In this document: positions 10,669 through 20,348 of the stretch, one piece after another
Layout of the letters: the number at the start of each line of letters is the position of its first letter
How positions within the stretch are numbered: position 1 is the first letter of the stretch
DNA from: Gracilibacillus alcaliphilus
GTDB lineage: Bacteria > Bacillota > Bacilli > Bacillales > Amphibacillaceae
Direction of reading: 5' to 3'
Length of the DNA stretch: 32,000 nt
Assembly (NCBI RefSeq): GCF_016909015.1
Contig: NZ_JAFBFA010000004.1
Coordinates: 169,879-201,878, forward strand
Made by a program: the position numbers and the translations under genes
The notes under the pieces: model-generated
Seen by the model: the letters and a program-made list of their open reading frames with translations, nothing else
The model's database searches: none
Told to the model about the DNA's origin: nothing

Positions 10669-13600
10669 TTGCAGCAAATTAATATGACCAAAGAATCAAT
10701 CCGCAGCCTGACGGGTGAGCGTTTTTATAAACGAGGCAAAACCTATTATGAAAATGGCAAGGTGTATGGTCTTTCCTATAATCCGGATGCGAATTCCTGG
10801 CGCGGGCTGGTGAAAGGATCCAAGGTCTACACAGTCAGAATTTATTTCGAGAAAGATCTGCATGTAGATGCTACTTGTAATTGTCCTGCATTTGAGACAT
10901 TCGACACATGTAAACACATCGCAGCTGTACTGCTGGCTATTACACAAGAATCACAATCCAATCGCCGCAAAAGATTTGCAGTCGATCGCAGCACATCAAC
11001 TATACCTGCACAAGAAACTGACTTATTTGCTAAGCAATTGCTGCATACTTTCCGACAGCAAAAAACAACAAGTGGTGAATCACTCGTTATTCAAACGGAA
11101 TATATCTTAGCCTTAACCAAATCCAACAAAAACGCACAATATATTTTAACCCTGGAAGCCAAAGTTGGTGATAAACGTCCCTATGTTATTCGCGATATTC
11201 GAGAATTTATCAAGGCCTTTCAAAAGAATGAGCCTTATAAAATCAATCAAAGCTATACGTTCCAGCCTGAGAACCACACCTTTTCAGCAAAGGATCGCCG
11301 CATGATGGAGATGTTAGTTACTTGCTTAGAACAAGAAAAATTATTAGGCAACAACTATATCCTAAAAATGGAGCAGCCGCGAAGTATTCTGATACCGCCG
11401 AGCTTGATTGATCGATTATTAGCACATTTACAAGAACTGTCTTATTATTTCAAGACTACTTCCAGTAAAGAATATCCTTATATTGATGTAAGCCCTATGG
11501 GAAATCAGTTGCAATTCAAGCTGGATTATCATTCTTCAAGCCGTTATACACTTGAAATGACCGACTTATCTGACTATTATTTTCTGGAAAGCTACAACTA
11601 TGTGATTCATGAACAACATTTTTATAAATTAAGTTTTCAACAAAAAATGATCATGGAAAAGCTGTTTCGTGTTGCTCCTTTTCAAAGCAAGCTCAAACAA
11701 ACTATTTCAGCGGCAGAAATGAATGATTTTGTTCAACATGTTATCCCGCAGTTCGAACAGGTCGGCCAATTGTCTATGACGGAGAACATGGAGCAGCAGA
11801 TCAATACCGAGCCACTAGAAGCAAAGGTGTATATCGATGAAATGGATGGTGCCTTAAAAGCAATAGTCGAATATCATTATGGCAAAGAGGTTTTTACGCC
11901 TTTTTCTTTAGAAGCCGAAACCAGCAAAATCGTTAAAAGGGATACCTATCAAGAACAGCAAGTAGTAGAATGTCTTCAAGAAGAAGCATTTATTGAAATG
12001 AATCAAACCTATTATCTATTTAACGATGCAGCTGTCTTTCACTTCATTCATGATGGAATTATTCAACTGCAACAGATCGCTTCTGTCTATTTAACCCGAA
12101 GTGTAAAACAAATGACAGCAGGATTAGATGATATTCAACTGCAATCCAGGATTGACTATGAGCCAAATGAAGGGATGCTTGATATCTCTTTTAATATTGA
12201 AGGCATTTCTGAGCAGAATGTTCAAGCTATCCTACAGGCTCTAATTGAGAAAAAACATTACTACCGAATTCCAAATGGTGCACTGCTTTCTCTGGAAAGA
12301 GAGGATTTCCAATCCTTCCGGCAATTACAGCAGTCTTTACAACTCACGAAAGGACAGCTGCAGCAAGGAGATATCAAAGTTCCCGCCGCTCGTACTTTTC
12401 AAGTAGAGGATGCATTAAATAAGACCGATTTCCGTTACAGCGAAGCATTCGAAACAATGCTGCAGGAGCTAAAGCATCCCGAGCTATTAGAATTTGAACT
12501 GCCAGACCAGCTGCAAGCAGATATGCGTGATTATCAAATTACTGGTTTTCAATGGATGAAGACATTATCCCATTATCATTTGGGCGGGATACTGGCAGAT
12601 GATATGGGGCTGGGGAAGACATTACAGACAATCAGTTATTTATTATCCGAAGCACAGCAAGCTAAAGAGCCTTATCAGGCATTGGTCATTGCACCAGCTT
12701 CTTTATTATATAACTGGCAAAAGGAAATCGAAAAATTTGCCCCCAGCCTAACTTCGGCAGTATTAATCGGCAATAAACACGACCGGGAGCAATTATTACA
12801 AACACATCAAAATACGAATATCCTAATCACTTCTTACCCGACCTTGCGCAAAGACTATTTAATGTATAAAAATGAACTTTTCCACTGCATTATTCTTGAT
12901 GAAGCACAGGCTGTCAAAAACCACCTGACCCAAACAGCCAAAGCCGTCCGCTCTTTACAGGCGAAACAATTCTTTGCATTAAGCGGGACACCGATCGAGA
13001 ACGCATTAGATGAATTGTGGTCGATTTTTTATACCATTTCACCAGGATTATTCGGTAGTAAAAAGACATTTAGTCAGTTAAAGACAGATTACATTGCCAA
13101 AATCACACGCCCGTTTATTTTAAGAAGGGTAAAACGAGAAGTACTGCATGAGCTTCCTGACAAAATTGAATCTGTTCAATATTCAGAATTAACCAAGGAA
13201 CAAAAGGAAGTCTATATTGGCTATCTGCAGCGTATTCAAGCCGAACTGGATGAAAGTATTGCCAGCAAGAGTTTTGCACAAGGTAAAATACAAATACTTG
13301 CCGGATTAACACGATTGCGGCAAATCTGTTGTCATCCTAGTTTATTTTTAGAAAACTACAATGGAAAATCGGGCAAACTCGATCAATTAATGGAATTGAC
13401 AGATGAACTAGAAACAAACGGCAAGCGGACATTGATTTTCTCTCAGTTTTCCAGTATGTTAGCACTTATCCGGGACACATTGGTTCAAAATGGAAAAGAA
13501 GTGTTTTACTTAGACGGCTCTATCCCATCTGAACAACGCATGGAAATGGTGGAGGCTTTTAATCATGGAGAACGAGGTTTCTTTCTGATCTCATTAAAGG

Positions 13601-13902
13601 CAGGAGGAACAGGACTTAATCTGACAGGCGCCGATACAGTAATCCTGTACGACTTATGGTGGAATCCGGCAGTAGAGGAACAGGCTGCAGGCAGGGCACA
13701 CCGTATTGGACAAAAAAATGTCGTACAAGTGATTCGCTTTATTACAGAAGGAACCATCGAAGAGAAAATTTATCAACTTCAACATAAAAAACGGGAATTA
13801 GTTGATCAAATTATTCAACCAGGCGAAACCCTGTTATCAAAGTTATCTGAACAGGAAATCCGTGAATTATTACAGTTTAATGAAAAACAGGAGAGCCATT
13901 AA
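10669..13902 (+). CDS. SWIM zinc finger + SNF2-associated region + SNF2/Rad54-family helicase (YwqA-like)
   Basis: SWIM motif CNCPAFETFDTCKH. Helicase motifs LADDMGLGKT (I), ILDEAQAVKN (II), SGTPIEN and GGTGLNLTGADTVILYDLWWNPAVEEQAAGRAHRIGQ (V-VI). The start is set at TTG 10669, 8 nt after AAGGATGGGATC, which matches 10 of 12 positions of the ideal Bacillus SD. ATG 10684 is the alternative. Confidence 0.9.
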   Translation: MQQINMTKESIRSLTGERFYKRGKTYYENGKVYGLSYNPDANSWRGLVKGSKVYTVRIYFEKDLHVDATCNCPAFETFDTCKHIAAVLLAITQESQSNRRKRFAVDRSTSTIPAQETDLFAKQLLHTFRQQKTTSGESLVIQTEYILALTKSNKNAQYILTLEAKVGDKRPYVIRDIREFIKAFQKNEPYKINQSYTFQPENHTFSAKDRRMMEMLVTCLEQEKLLGNNYILKMEQPRSILIPPSLIDRLLAHLQELSYYFKTTSSKEYPYIDVSPMGNQLQFKLDYHSSSRYTLEMTDLSDYYFLESYNYVIHEQHFYKLSFQQKMIMEKLFRVAPFQSKLKQTISAAEMNDFVQHVIPQFEQVGQLSMTENMEQQINTEPLEAKVYIDEMDGALKAIVEYHYGKEVFTPFSLEAETSKIVKRDTYQEQQVVECLQEEAFIEMNQTYYLFNDAAVFHFIHDGIIQLQQIASVYLTRSVKQMTAGLDDIQLQSRIDYEPNEGMLDISFNIEGISEQNVQAILQALIEKKHYYRIPNGALLSLEREDFQSFRQLQQSLQLTKGQLQQGDIKVPAARTFQVEDALNKTDFRYSEAFETMLQELKHPELLEFELPDQLQADMRDYQITGFQWMKTLSHYHLGGILADDMGLGKTLQTISYLLSEAQQAKEPYQALVIAPASLLYNWQKEIEKFAPSLTSAVLIGNKHDREQLLQTHQNTNILITSYPTLRKDYLMYKNELFHCIILDEAQAVKNHLTQTAKAVRSLQAKQFFALSGTPIENALDELWSIFYTISPGLFGSKKTFSQLKTDYIAKITRPFILRRVKREVLHELPDKIESVQYSELTKEQKEVYIGYLQRIQAELDESIASKSFAQGKIQILAGLTRLRQICCHPSLFLENYNGKSGKLDQLMELTDELETNGKRTLIFSQFSSMLALIRDTLVQNGKEVFYLDGSIPSEQRMEMVEAFNHGERGFFLISLKAGGTGLNLTGADTVILYDLWWNPAVEEQAAGRAHRIGQKNVVQVIRFITEGTIEEKIYQLQHKKRELVDQIIQPGETLLSKLSEQEIRELLQFNEKQESH

Positions 13903-13921
13903 GGCCTCCTGTTTTATTATT
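13883..13921. terminator. Bidirectional terminator shared by the convergent helicase and minJ-like genes
   Basis: AAAACAGGAG (13884-13893) pairs with CTCCTGTTTT (13906-13915). It is flanked by an A-run on one side and a T-run on the other, and overlaps both stop codons. Confidence 0.6.
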
Positions 13922-15074
13922 TGGATACAAATAATATTCCCAAATTATAATGTTCACCTTCATATAAGGCTCGTTGAGCAAAGCGGATTTCCCCATTCAA
14001 ATCTCGTACACTTATTTTACAGTAAGCACGATTCTGATTTACTGCATGGTAAAATTCCTCTTCAGTAGATACTTTCACATCATTTACTTTCACTATCTGT
14101 TCACCGGGTACCAAGCCTAAATCCACTGCTGGCGTATCTGCGATAACACCTAATACAAGCAAGTGCTGGTGATGGGGTTGAAAGTATACGGCATGGTTGT
14201 GTTCCTGATTACGATAATAGTAAACAATAAACTCTTTGCCTAACAAAGCCAGCGCCAATGCAATATAGGTAATCCAAGTCACAAAATAACCAGCAATCGA
14301 TAATGCCAAAATCACGAAGGCTAATAACAAATTCCATTTTGCCAGCCATTTACCTGCTTGCTGTGGTAAACGAGTTTTTGCTACATATTCAAATCCCTGC
14401 AAAAATGGCACTAGAATCAACCCATAGGAGTTTTCTCCTATATCAATCAACGGCCACCAATCAGCAAATGGTTCCAGCCATCCGCCCGGAACTAATGCTA
14501 TAAACGGAATAAGCATTATTTTCTTGATTCGATGTTGCCCTACTTTTTTCCCTCTGCCACTATCAATATATTCTGGGAAGGTTTCCTCACTGCGCACTTT
14601 CGATAACTGCCATGCTTCTGCTATCAGCAGCATTCCAATCAGAAAGGGAATAAAAATCAGATGGACATCTTGGAACATCTCCATCATAAATGCAGGTAGG
14701 TATGCTGCACCAAATAATTGAATCACTGCTGTGATAAGACCCGCAATAGATAAGGTATACCCAGCCGATAACCAACTGAAACGGCCTGCTATCCCTGCTA
14801 TCAACATTATCACACCTGTTAACAGTGCAAATGGTAAGGAAAAAGCAAACCCACCGACAATAGACAGGATCGAGATGCCGATCCCCATCATAATGGATAT
14901 AGATAATGTATATCTCGCTTCATAAAAATATGAATAAACCTTAGAACCTATATTCTTCCGATCTTTTTTAATTCTTATGTATCCACTTAGAAAGATAAAC
15001 AGGACAAACAAATAAATAAATGGCTGCAAAAACGCACGGCCGATCGTTAAGCCTGATTCAATCACCCATTCCAC
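13917..15074 (-). CDS. minJ: MinJ-like polytopic membrane protein with C-terminal PDZ domain
   Basis: About 7 TM segments followed by a C-terminal PDZ-like region (GLVPGEQIVKVNDVKV). Its position next to the S41 protease matches B. subtilis ctpB-minJ(yvjD). The start is set at GTG 15074, 9 nt after GAGGAG; the ORF-track TTG 15101 lacks an SD. Confidence 0.65.
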   Translation of the reverse strand: MEWVIESGLTIGRAFLQPFIYLFVLFIFLSGYIRIKKDRKNIGSKVYSYFYEARYTLSISIMMGIGISILSIVGGFAFSLPFALLTGVIMLIAGIAGRFSWLSAGYTLSIAGLITAVIQLFGAAYLPAFMMEMFQDVHLIFIPFLIGMLLIAEAWQLSKVRSEETFPEYIDSGRGKKVGQHRIKKIMLIPFIALVPGGWLEPFADWWPLIDIGENSYGLILVPFLQGFEYVAKTRLPQQAGKWLAKWNLLLAFVILALSIAGYFVTWITYIALALALLGKEFIVYYYRNQEHNHAVYFQPHHQHLLVLGVIADTPAVDLGLVPGEQIVKVNDVKVSTEEEFYHAVNQNRAYCKISVRDLNGEIRFAQRALYEGEHYNLGILFVSK

Positions 15075-15134
15075 CCACAACAACTCCTCTTCACCAAACA
15101 AGAATCTATTATCTTGTAAAAATATCGTATCTCT

Positions 15135-15163
15135 ATTATGGGCAAAAAAAGAAGATTTGGCAA
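15135..15163 (-). promoter_or_regulatory. Candidate sigma-A promoter of minJ
   Basis: Minus strand reads TTGCCA (15163-15158), 17-nt spacer, CATAAT (15140-15135). It lies downstream of the protease terminator. Confidence 0.35.
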
Positions 15164-15248
15164 TGGGTCAGATGGACAAGTTCATAGAAAAACAGGAATG
15201 AATGATCATATATGGCTGCAAGTGTCTATAATGTTTGAAAAATGGGAC

Positions 15249-15300
15249 TAAAAAACTGCACCTCCAATTATTAGATTTGTGTCTAACAATTGGGGTGCAG
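15249..15300 (-). terminator. Rho-independent terminator of the S41 protease gene
   Basis: On the minus strand CTGCACCCCAATTGTTAG pairs with CTAATAATTGGAGGTGCAG (long, slightly imperfect stem). TTTTTT follows. Confidence 0.65.
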
Positions 15301-15331
15301 TTCAATTTGACATCAGATGCTTTCTTATTGC

Positions 15332-16813
15332 TTACTGTGCTACTACTTCTATAGCTTTTTCCAATTGCAGGTCGTCTTCCCCGTCCCTGATTTTCTCAAT
15401 AATTTCGGTTTGCATCAGTTCAGCGGTTACCTCATCTACTTCACCTGAAACCTCTATATCGTGATCGGCTTGAAACTGTTCCACAGCTTCTCTAGTAGCT
15501 TCATTAAAATAGCCGTCTGTTCGTTCTGGCTGATAGCCTAATCCTTCTAAAATCAGCTGTATGTTTGCTATCTGGTTGTTGCTTTGATCATAAACAAGCG
15601 GTTCATCAATTTGAATAGGGTTCGTATAGTAATATTCTGGCATGTCCTGTTCAACGGTTGGCTTAACACCCACTTCATTAATGGAATTACCCTCAGGCGT
15701 TAACCAATTAAATGTGGTAATCTTAATTGTACTGCCATCCCCCATTTGAACTGTTTGTTGGACGGTTCCCTTACCAAATGATGTTTCACCGACAATATCA
15801 TAACCTTCAGCTTCATTTAAGGCGGCAGCTAATATCTCGGAAGCCGAGGCACTACCTTCATTAACTATGGTAACAACAGGGTATTCTTTAGCTTCTTCCA
15901 AGTCAGAGAAATACCTTGTTTTCTTCCCTGTTGGATCTTCAATCTGCATATAGGCTTTGTCTTTTGGGATAAAATTCTTAAGAATCTCTTCCACAGCTGG
16001 CAATAAACCGCCTGGATTACCACGCACATCGATAACCAGCCCCTCAATGCCTTGATCTTCCAGCCGGACTAACTCTTCTTCCATATCACTTGCGGTTCCT
16101 TCAGAGAAAGAGGTCAATCGTAATATACCGATAAGTTTACCATTCACTTCTTCTGTCTCCGCAAAGACTGTTTCAATAGGAATAGAGTCTCGGGTAATCT
16201 CAATTTCCAGCATATCTTCTGCTCCAGGCCGCTGAATTTCCAAGACTACTTGGGTTCCTTTTTCTCCTCGAATCTTATTTACGGCTTCATGTACATCTAA
16301 TCCTTCTAAGCTTTCCCCATCCACTGAAATAATCTGATCATTCGGCCGTAAACCTGCCTTCTCGGCTGGAGTATCCTGAATAGGGGCAATAATCGTCACC
16401 TTGCCATCTACCATGGATACTTCAGTTCCAATTCCTTCAAAAGAAGATTCAATCTGTTCATTAAATTGTTCCATCGTTTCCTGATCCATATATACACTAT
16501 ATGGATCTTTCAAGGACTCCAGCATTCCTTGAATGGCTCCCTCAATTAACTGATTCTCTTCTACTTCTTCTACATAGTTTTGTTCAATAATTGAAAAAGC
16601 ATTGGCGATTTTTGACATGTTTTCTAGCTGCTGCTCTGACAGTTCACTTTGTGAACCAGAAAATAACCCCTGATCGGAGTTTGCTAGATTACCTTGTTCA
16701 TCATTTATCAAAAAATTGCCGCTTATAATAGATACACCAGCAAACATCAATACAGCTCCAAGACATGCTGATAATATCAACATCAAAATAAATTTTCCCT
16801 TACTTACATTCAT
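15332..16813 (-). CDS. S41 family carboxy-terminal processing protease (CtpA/CtpB-type) with PDZ and C-terminal peptidoglycan-binding domain
   Basis: N-terminal TM helix, PDZ (AEKAGLRPNDQIISVDGESL), S41 core (LVIDVRGNPGGL ... GSASASEILA) and a PG_binding_1-like tail (GYFNEATREAVEQFQADHDIEVSG). The start is set at ATG 16813 (MNVSKGKF), preceded by GAGGTGGAG. Confidence 0.9.
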   Translation of the reverse strand: MNVSKGKFILMLILSACLGAVLMFAGVSIISGNFLINDEQGNLANSDQGLFSGSQSELSEQQLENMSKIANAFSIIEQNYVEEVEENQLIEGAIQGMLESLKDPYSVYMDQETMEQFNEQIESSFEGIGTEVSMVDGKVTIIAPIQDTPAEKAGLRPNDQIISVDGESLEGLDVHEAVNKIRGEKGTQVVLEIQRPGAEDMLEIEITRDSIPIETVFAETEEVNGKLIGILRLTSFSEGTASDMEEELVRLEDQGIEGLVIDVRGNPGGLLPAVEEILKNFIPKDKAYMQIEDPTGKKTRYFSDLEEAKEYPVVTIVNEGSASASEILAAALNEAEGYDIVGETSFGKGTVQQTVQMGDGSTIKITTFNWLTPEGNSINEVGVKPTVEQDMPEYYYTNPIQIDEPLVYDQSNNQIANIQLILEGLGYQPERTDGYFNEATREAVEQFQADHDIEVSGEVDEVTAELMQTEIIEKIRDGEDDLQLEKAIEVVAQ

Positions 16814-17008
16814 TACTCCACCTCGTTTATAGAATGAGACTTTTATTATTGGGGACTGATCTTTACATGAATGAACAGTAACACTTACCACCACATGAAG
16901 TGACCGTTAGCTTAGGTTTAGGCAGTAAGCCTTTCGGATAACTTCTGAGTATGACCAGATAACACTATTCACTAGATAATGACCCTTATCTCTATATTAT
17001 GAAGGTTT

Positions 17009-17047
17009 AAAAAAGACATCACAAGTTTTTTGTGATGTCTTTTTTTA
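17009..17047 (-). terminator. Rho-independent terminator of the ftsEX-M23 unit
   Basis: Perfect 11-bp stem AGACATCACAA / TTGTGATGTCT with a 5-nt loop. It is flanked by an A-run and a T-run, so it looks bidirectional. Confidence 0.7.
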
Positions 17048-17100
17048 TTCATGACATAGATCCAGTTCTAATTAGCCTATAGTCTCATAAAAGTACTGCT

Positions 17101-18744
17101 TTACTTGATATATTGTAATGGATCGACAGGGTTTTTATATCCGCCTGGATGAATCTCAAAGTGCAAGTGTACACCTGTCGAATCACCAGTTGAACCCATA
17201 ATACCAATTTGCTGTCCTTGACTGACAGATTGTCCACTAGATACCTGCACACTGTTTAAATGGCCATATAAGGTACTATAGGTTTGACCATTAATATGAT
17301 GAGTAATCATCACTGTATTGCCATACCCACTCATCCATCCTGCATAAGAAACAACTCCGCCAGCAGAGGCTTTGATAATGGAGTCTGCAGAAGAACGGCT
17401 ACCAAAGTCTGTTCCATTATGCGGTCTCACATCACCATAGATTGGATGTGCACGCCCTGGATTAAAATGTGATGTAACTGGTCCGCTTGTGGGACGAATG
17501 AAGCCTGAACTATTACTTGAAGGGGCGCTTGGTGTATCAGGTTCGGCCGTCTCTGTAGAGCCGCCACTGCTTGAACCGCCACTGCTGCTAGTAGAAGGAG
17601 CTCTAGAACTGCTACTCTTTTTCGGTGTTGCAGTCTTTGTCTCTGGCTGAGCCTGACTTTGGGCTTGTCTTTCCTCATCGGCTTTCGCTTGAGCAGCTTT
17701 TTCTTCCGCAGCCTTACGTTCTGCTTCTTGACGCTCACGCTCTTTACGTTCTTCCTCTTCCTTAGCTAATTGCTCTAGTCGTTCTTTTTCTGATTCTGCT
17801 TCGGCAATAGCTTGTTCAACAGAAGCTGCTTGGGCGGCAATTAACTGTTCCTCTTCTTCTTGAGATAATTTTGCCTCATGAAGCTCCTCTTCTTCCACTT
17901 CTAATTGAGCAAGGATCTCTTCTTTGGATTTCATTTGACCATTTAATGTATCTTCAATTTCTTCCAGTTCTTTCTCTTGTGAAACAAGTGTTACTTTCTC
18001 TTCTTCCAGCTCTGCTTTACTTTCTTTTAAAGAGGCTTGTTTATCCTCTAGAGCTTTTTTATTATCTTCGATTGCTTGCTTATTTTCTTCAACGGCTATT
18101 TTATTTTCTTCCAGCTGTTTTTTATCAGCTTCCTGTTCTTCCATAATCTTCTTGTCAGAATCCATGATTTTATTAACTGCCGTTGCACGGTTAATAAAAT
18201 CTCCAAAGTCTTGAGCACCCATAAGTACTTCTAAGTAAGTCGTATTTCCGCCATTTTGCTGCATAGAGCGCAATCTTTGTTTTAATAGTTCTTCACGAGC
18301 AGCGATCTTTTCTTCTAACTCAATGATCTCTTCTTTTAATCGTTCGATTTCTTCATTCAAGCGTTTAATTTCGGCCTTTACGGCTTCAATTTCTTCTTCT
18401 GTTTGTTTAATATCGGCTTCGGTATCAGCTATTTTATCGTTTGTTTCCGATACTTCTTGCTGTTTCTCTTCCAATTGTGCTTGAGTTTCTTTTAATTCCG
18501 CATTAATCTGATCCAACTCGCTCTGATTTTCCAATTGTTTAGATTGATTTTCTGAAAGTTCTTGTTCTGTTTGCTGCTTTTTCTCTTTGGCGTTATTCGC
18601 ATCCTGATTGATTCGATCTTGTTCCTGTTGTAATGAGTCTAGTTCTTGTTGTACATTACCTATTGTTTCACCAGATACAGATTGAGCAGTTAAAAAAGTG
18701 GTAAACAATATGAGGAAACTCATTGCTACAGTTACTTTTCGCAT
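17101..18744 (-). CDS. Secreted coiled-coil + M23 (LytM) family peptidoglycan metalloendopeptidase
   Basis: Signal peptide (MRKVTVAMSFLILFTTFLTAQS), ~330 aa of E/K/Q-rich heptad sequence and an S/G/P-rich linker. The C-terminal M23 domain has intact HxxxD (HNGTD) and HxH (HLH) motifs. GAGAGGGGA SD upstream; it starts 34 nt downstream of ftsX. Confidence 0.9.
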   Translation of the reverse strand: MRKVTVAMSFLILFTTFLTAQSVSGETIGNVQQELDSLQQEQDRINQDANNAKEKKQQTEQELSENQSKQLENQSELDQINAELKETQAQLEEKQQEVSETNDKIADTEADIKQTEEEIEAVKAEIKRLNEEIERLKEEIIELEEKIAAREELLKQRLRSMQQNGGNTTYLEVLMGAQDFGDFINRATAVNKIMDSDKKIMEEQEADKKQLEENKIAVEENKQAIEDNKKALEDKQASLKESKAELEEEKVTLVSQEKELEEIEDTLNGQMKSKEEILAQLEVEEEELHEAKLSQEEEEQLIAAQAASVEQAIAEAESEKERLEQLAKEEEERKERERQEAERKAAEEKAAQAKADEERQAQSQAQPETKTATPKKSSSSRAPSTSSSGGSSSGGSTETAEPDTPSAPSSNSSGFIRPTSGPVTSHFNPGRAHPIYGDVRPHNGTDFGSRSSADSIIKASAGGVVSYAGWMSGYGNTVMITHHINGQTYSTLYGHLNSVQVSSGQSVSQGQQIGIMGSTGDSTGVHLHFEIHPGGYKNPVDPLQYIK

Positions 18745-18778
18745 AAATCATTATTCCCCTCTCTGAAAAAATTCCTTT

Positions 18779-19672
18779 TTATACTTTTAAGAACTTACGA
18801 ACACTCATCAGACTTCCCCAAACCCCTATTGTTGCACCAATACCGATAATTATTGCAGCAACCTGCAGTGCGAATGGGAAGAATGGCAGTATCTTTATAA
18901 AATTAAATTCTTGGAACACAACTAAATTTTGGGTCAGATAGTAGTAACCTCCAAGAATGATTCCTATCGGAACAAGACTTCCTAGTATCCCTAATAATAA
19001 TCCTTCTACAAAGAACGGGAGACGAATAAAACTATTAGTAGCACCAACTAACTTCATAATCCCAATTTCTTTCTTTCTAGCAAGAATAGTAATCTTTATC
19101 GTATTAGAGATCAAAAATATAGCGGTAAATACTAGTGCCACAATCAATACCAGCCCTACATTTCGAGCATAGTTATTAAACTGGAAAAGTGTATCTACAT
19201 ATTCTTGACCGTAATTTACACGATCAATATGATCAATCCCCTCAATCTCCTGTGCTATTCTTTCTGTATCTTGGGGATCTGTAGCACTAATCACAAAAAC
19301 GTCATTTAATGGATTATCCTGCTCATATAATTCCCATGCTTGTCCTTGTTCACCGAAACTCTCAACCAGATTCGCTAACTCTTCTTCTTTGGTTAAGAAT
19401 TCGATCTCATCTATTCCTCGGATATTCTCGATATTCTCTTCAATTGTACTAATGTCTTCTTCTTCCGTCGTTAAACTTACCAGTGCCTTAATCTGTACAT
19501 CCTGCTCCAGCTCATCGGCAATATGATTTAAATTCAGCATTAAAACCAAGAATACACCTACTAAAATAAGTGTTGTCGTAACAGCTCCAACCGAAGCTAC
19601 TGTCATCCAGCCATTTCGCCAGGTGTTTTTAGCTCCTTCTTTTATATGTCGACCTAAAGTTCTAAATTTCAT
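18779..19672 (-). CDS. ftsX: Cell division ABC transporter permease FtsX
   Basis: MKFRTLGRHIKEGAKNTWRNGWMTVAS matches the Bacillus FtsX N-terminus. It has 4 TM segments and a large extracellular loop. The start at ATG 19672 overlaps the ftsE stop and has GAGGAGAG upstream. Confidence 0.9.
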   Translation of the reverse strand: MKFRTLGRHIKEGAKNTWRNGWMTVASVGAVTTTLILVGVFLVLMLNLNHIADELEQDVQIKALVSLTTEEEDISTIEENIENIRGIDEIEFLTKEEELANLVESFGEQGQAWELYEQDNPLNDVFVISATDPQDTERIAQEIEGIDHIDRVNYGQEYVDTLFQFNNYARNVGLVLIVALVFTAIFLISNTIKITILARKKEIGIMKLVGATNSFIRLPFFVEGLLLGILGSLVPIGIILGGYYYLTQNLVVFQEFNFIKILPFFPFALQVAAIIIGIGATIGVWGSLMSVRKFLKV

Positions 19673-20348
19673 ATCCATACTCTCCTCGATGTTCGTCCCG
19701 TACAATAACGCCGTCTTCAATTGCAATTACCCGCTTCTTAATGGTATTTACAATCTCTTTACTATGCGTCGCCATTAGAACGGTCGTGCCACTTGCATTA
19801 ATATCTTCTAGGATCTTCATAATTCCCCACGAAGTCTCAGGGTCGAGATTTCCTGTCGGTTCATCTGCTATTAATAAAGAGGGTTTATTAACAATCGCAC
19901 GTGCAATCGTCACACGTTGTTGTTCCCCTCCAGATAATTCATCAGGAATAAATCGTGCTTTATTCTTTAATCCAACTTGGTCAAGTACTTGTAATACTCG
20001 TTCACGAATCTGTTTAGGCGCTACTTCTATTACTTCTAAGGCAAAAGCAATATTTTCGTACACAGTTAATTTCGGGAGTAAACGGAAGTCTTGAAAGACA
20101 ACACCCACATTTCTTCTGAAGTGAGGAACCTCTCTCCATTTCAACTTGGTCGTATCTGTATGATTTACGGTAACAGTTCCTTTAGTTGGTATTTCTTCGC
20201 GGAATAACATTTTTGTAAATGTGGACTTTCCCGCACCACTAGGACCTACAATATAAACAAATTCACCTTGTTTAATCTTCACATTAATTCCATTTAGAGC
20301 TACAACTCCATTTGGATATGTCATATATACATCTTTCATTTCAATCAT
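19662..20348 (-). CDS. ftsE: Cell division ABC transporter ATP-binding protein FtsE
   Basis: 228 aa. Walker A GPSGAGKST, signature LSGGEQQR and Walker B LLIADEPTGNLD. AAAGGTGA SD upstream. Confidence 0.95.
   Translation of the reverse strand: MIEMKDVYMTYPNGVVALNGINVKIKQGEFVYIVGPSGAGKSTFTKMLFREEIPTKGTVTVNHTDTTKLKWREVPHFRRNVGVVFQDFRLLPKLTVYENIAFALEVIEVAPKQIRERVLQVLDQVGLKNKARFIPDELSGGEQQRVTIARAIVNKPSLLIADEPTGNLDPETSWGIMKILEDINASGTTVLMATHSKEIVNTIKKRVIAIEDGVIVRDEHRGEYGYEI

Noticed and set aside
10432-10677. 81-aa minus-strand ORF spanning the prfC start and the divergent promoter region
   Set aside because: It overlaps the prfC N-terminus out of frame and covers the intergenic promoter DNA. It has no SD and no homology features.
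17427-18146. ORFs 17427-17738 (minus, alternate frame, 103 aa) and 17871-18146 (plus, 91 aa) inside the M23 gene
   Set aside because: They are alternate-frame or antisense translations of the low-complexity GAA/AAG-rich coiled-coil and Ser-rich linker. Such repeats keep alternative frames open by chance.
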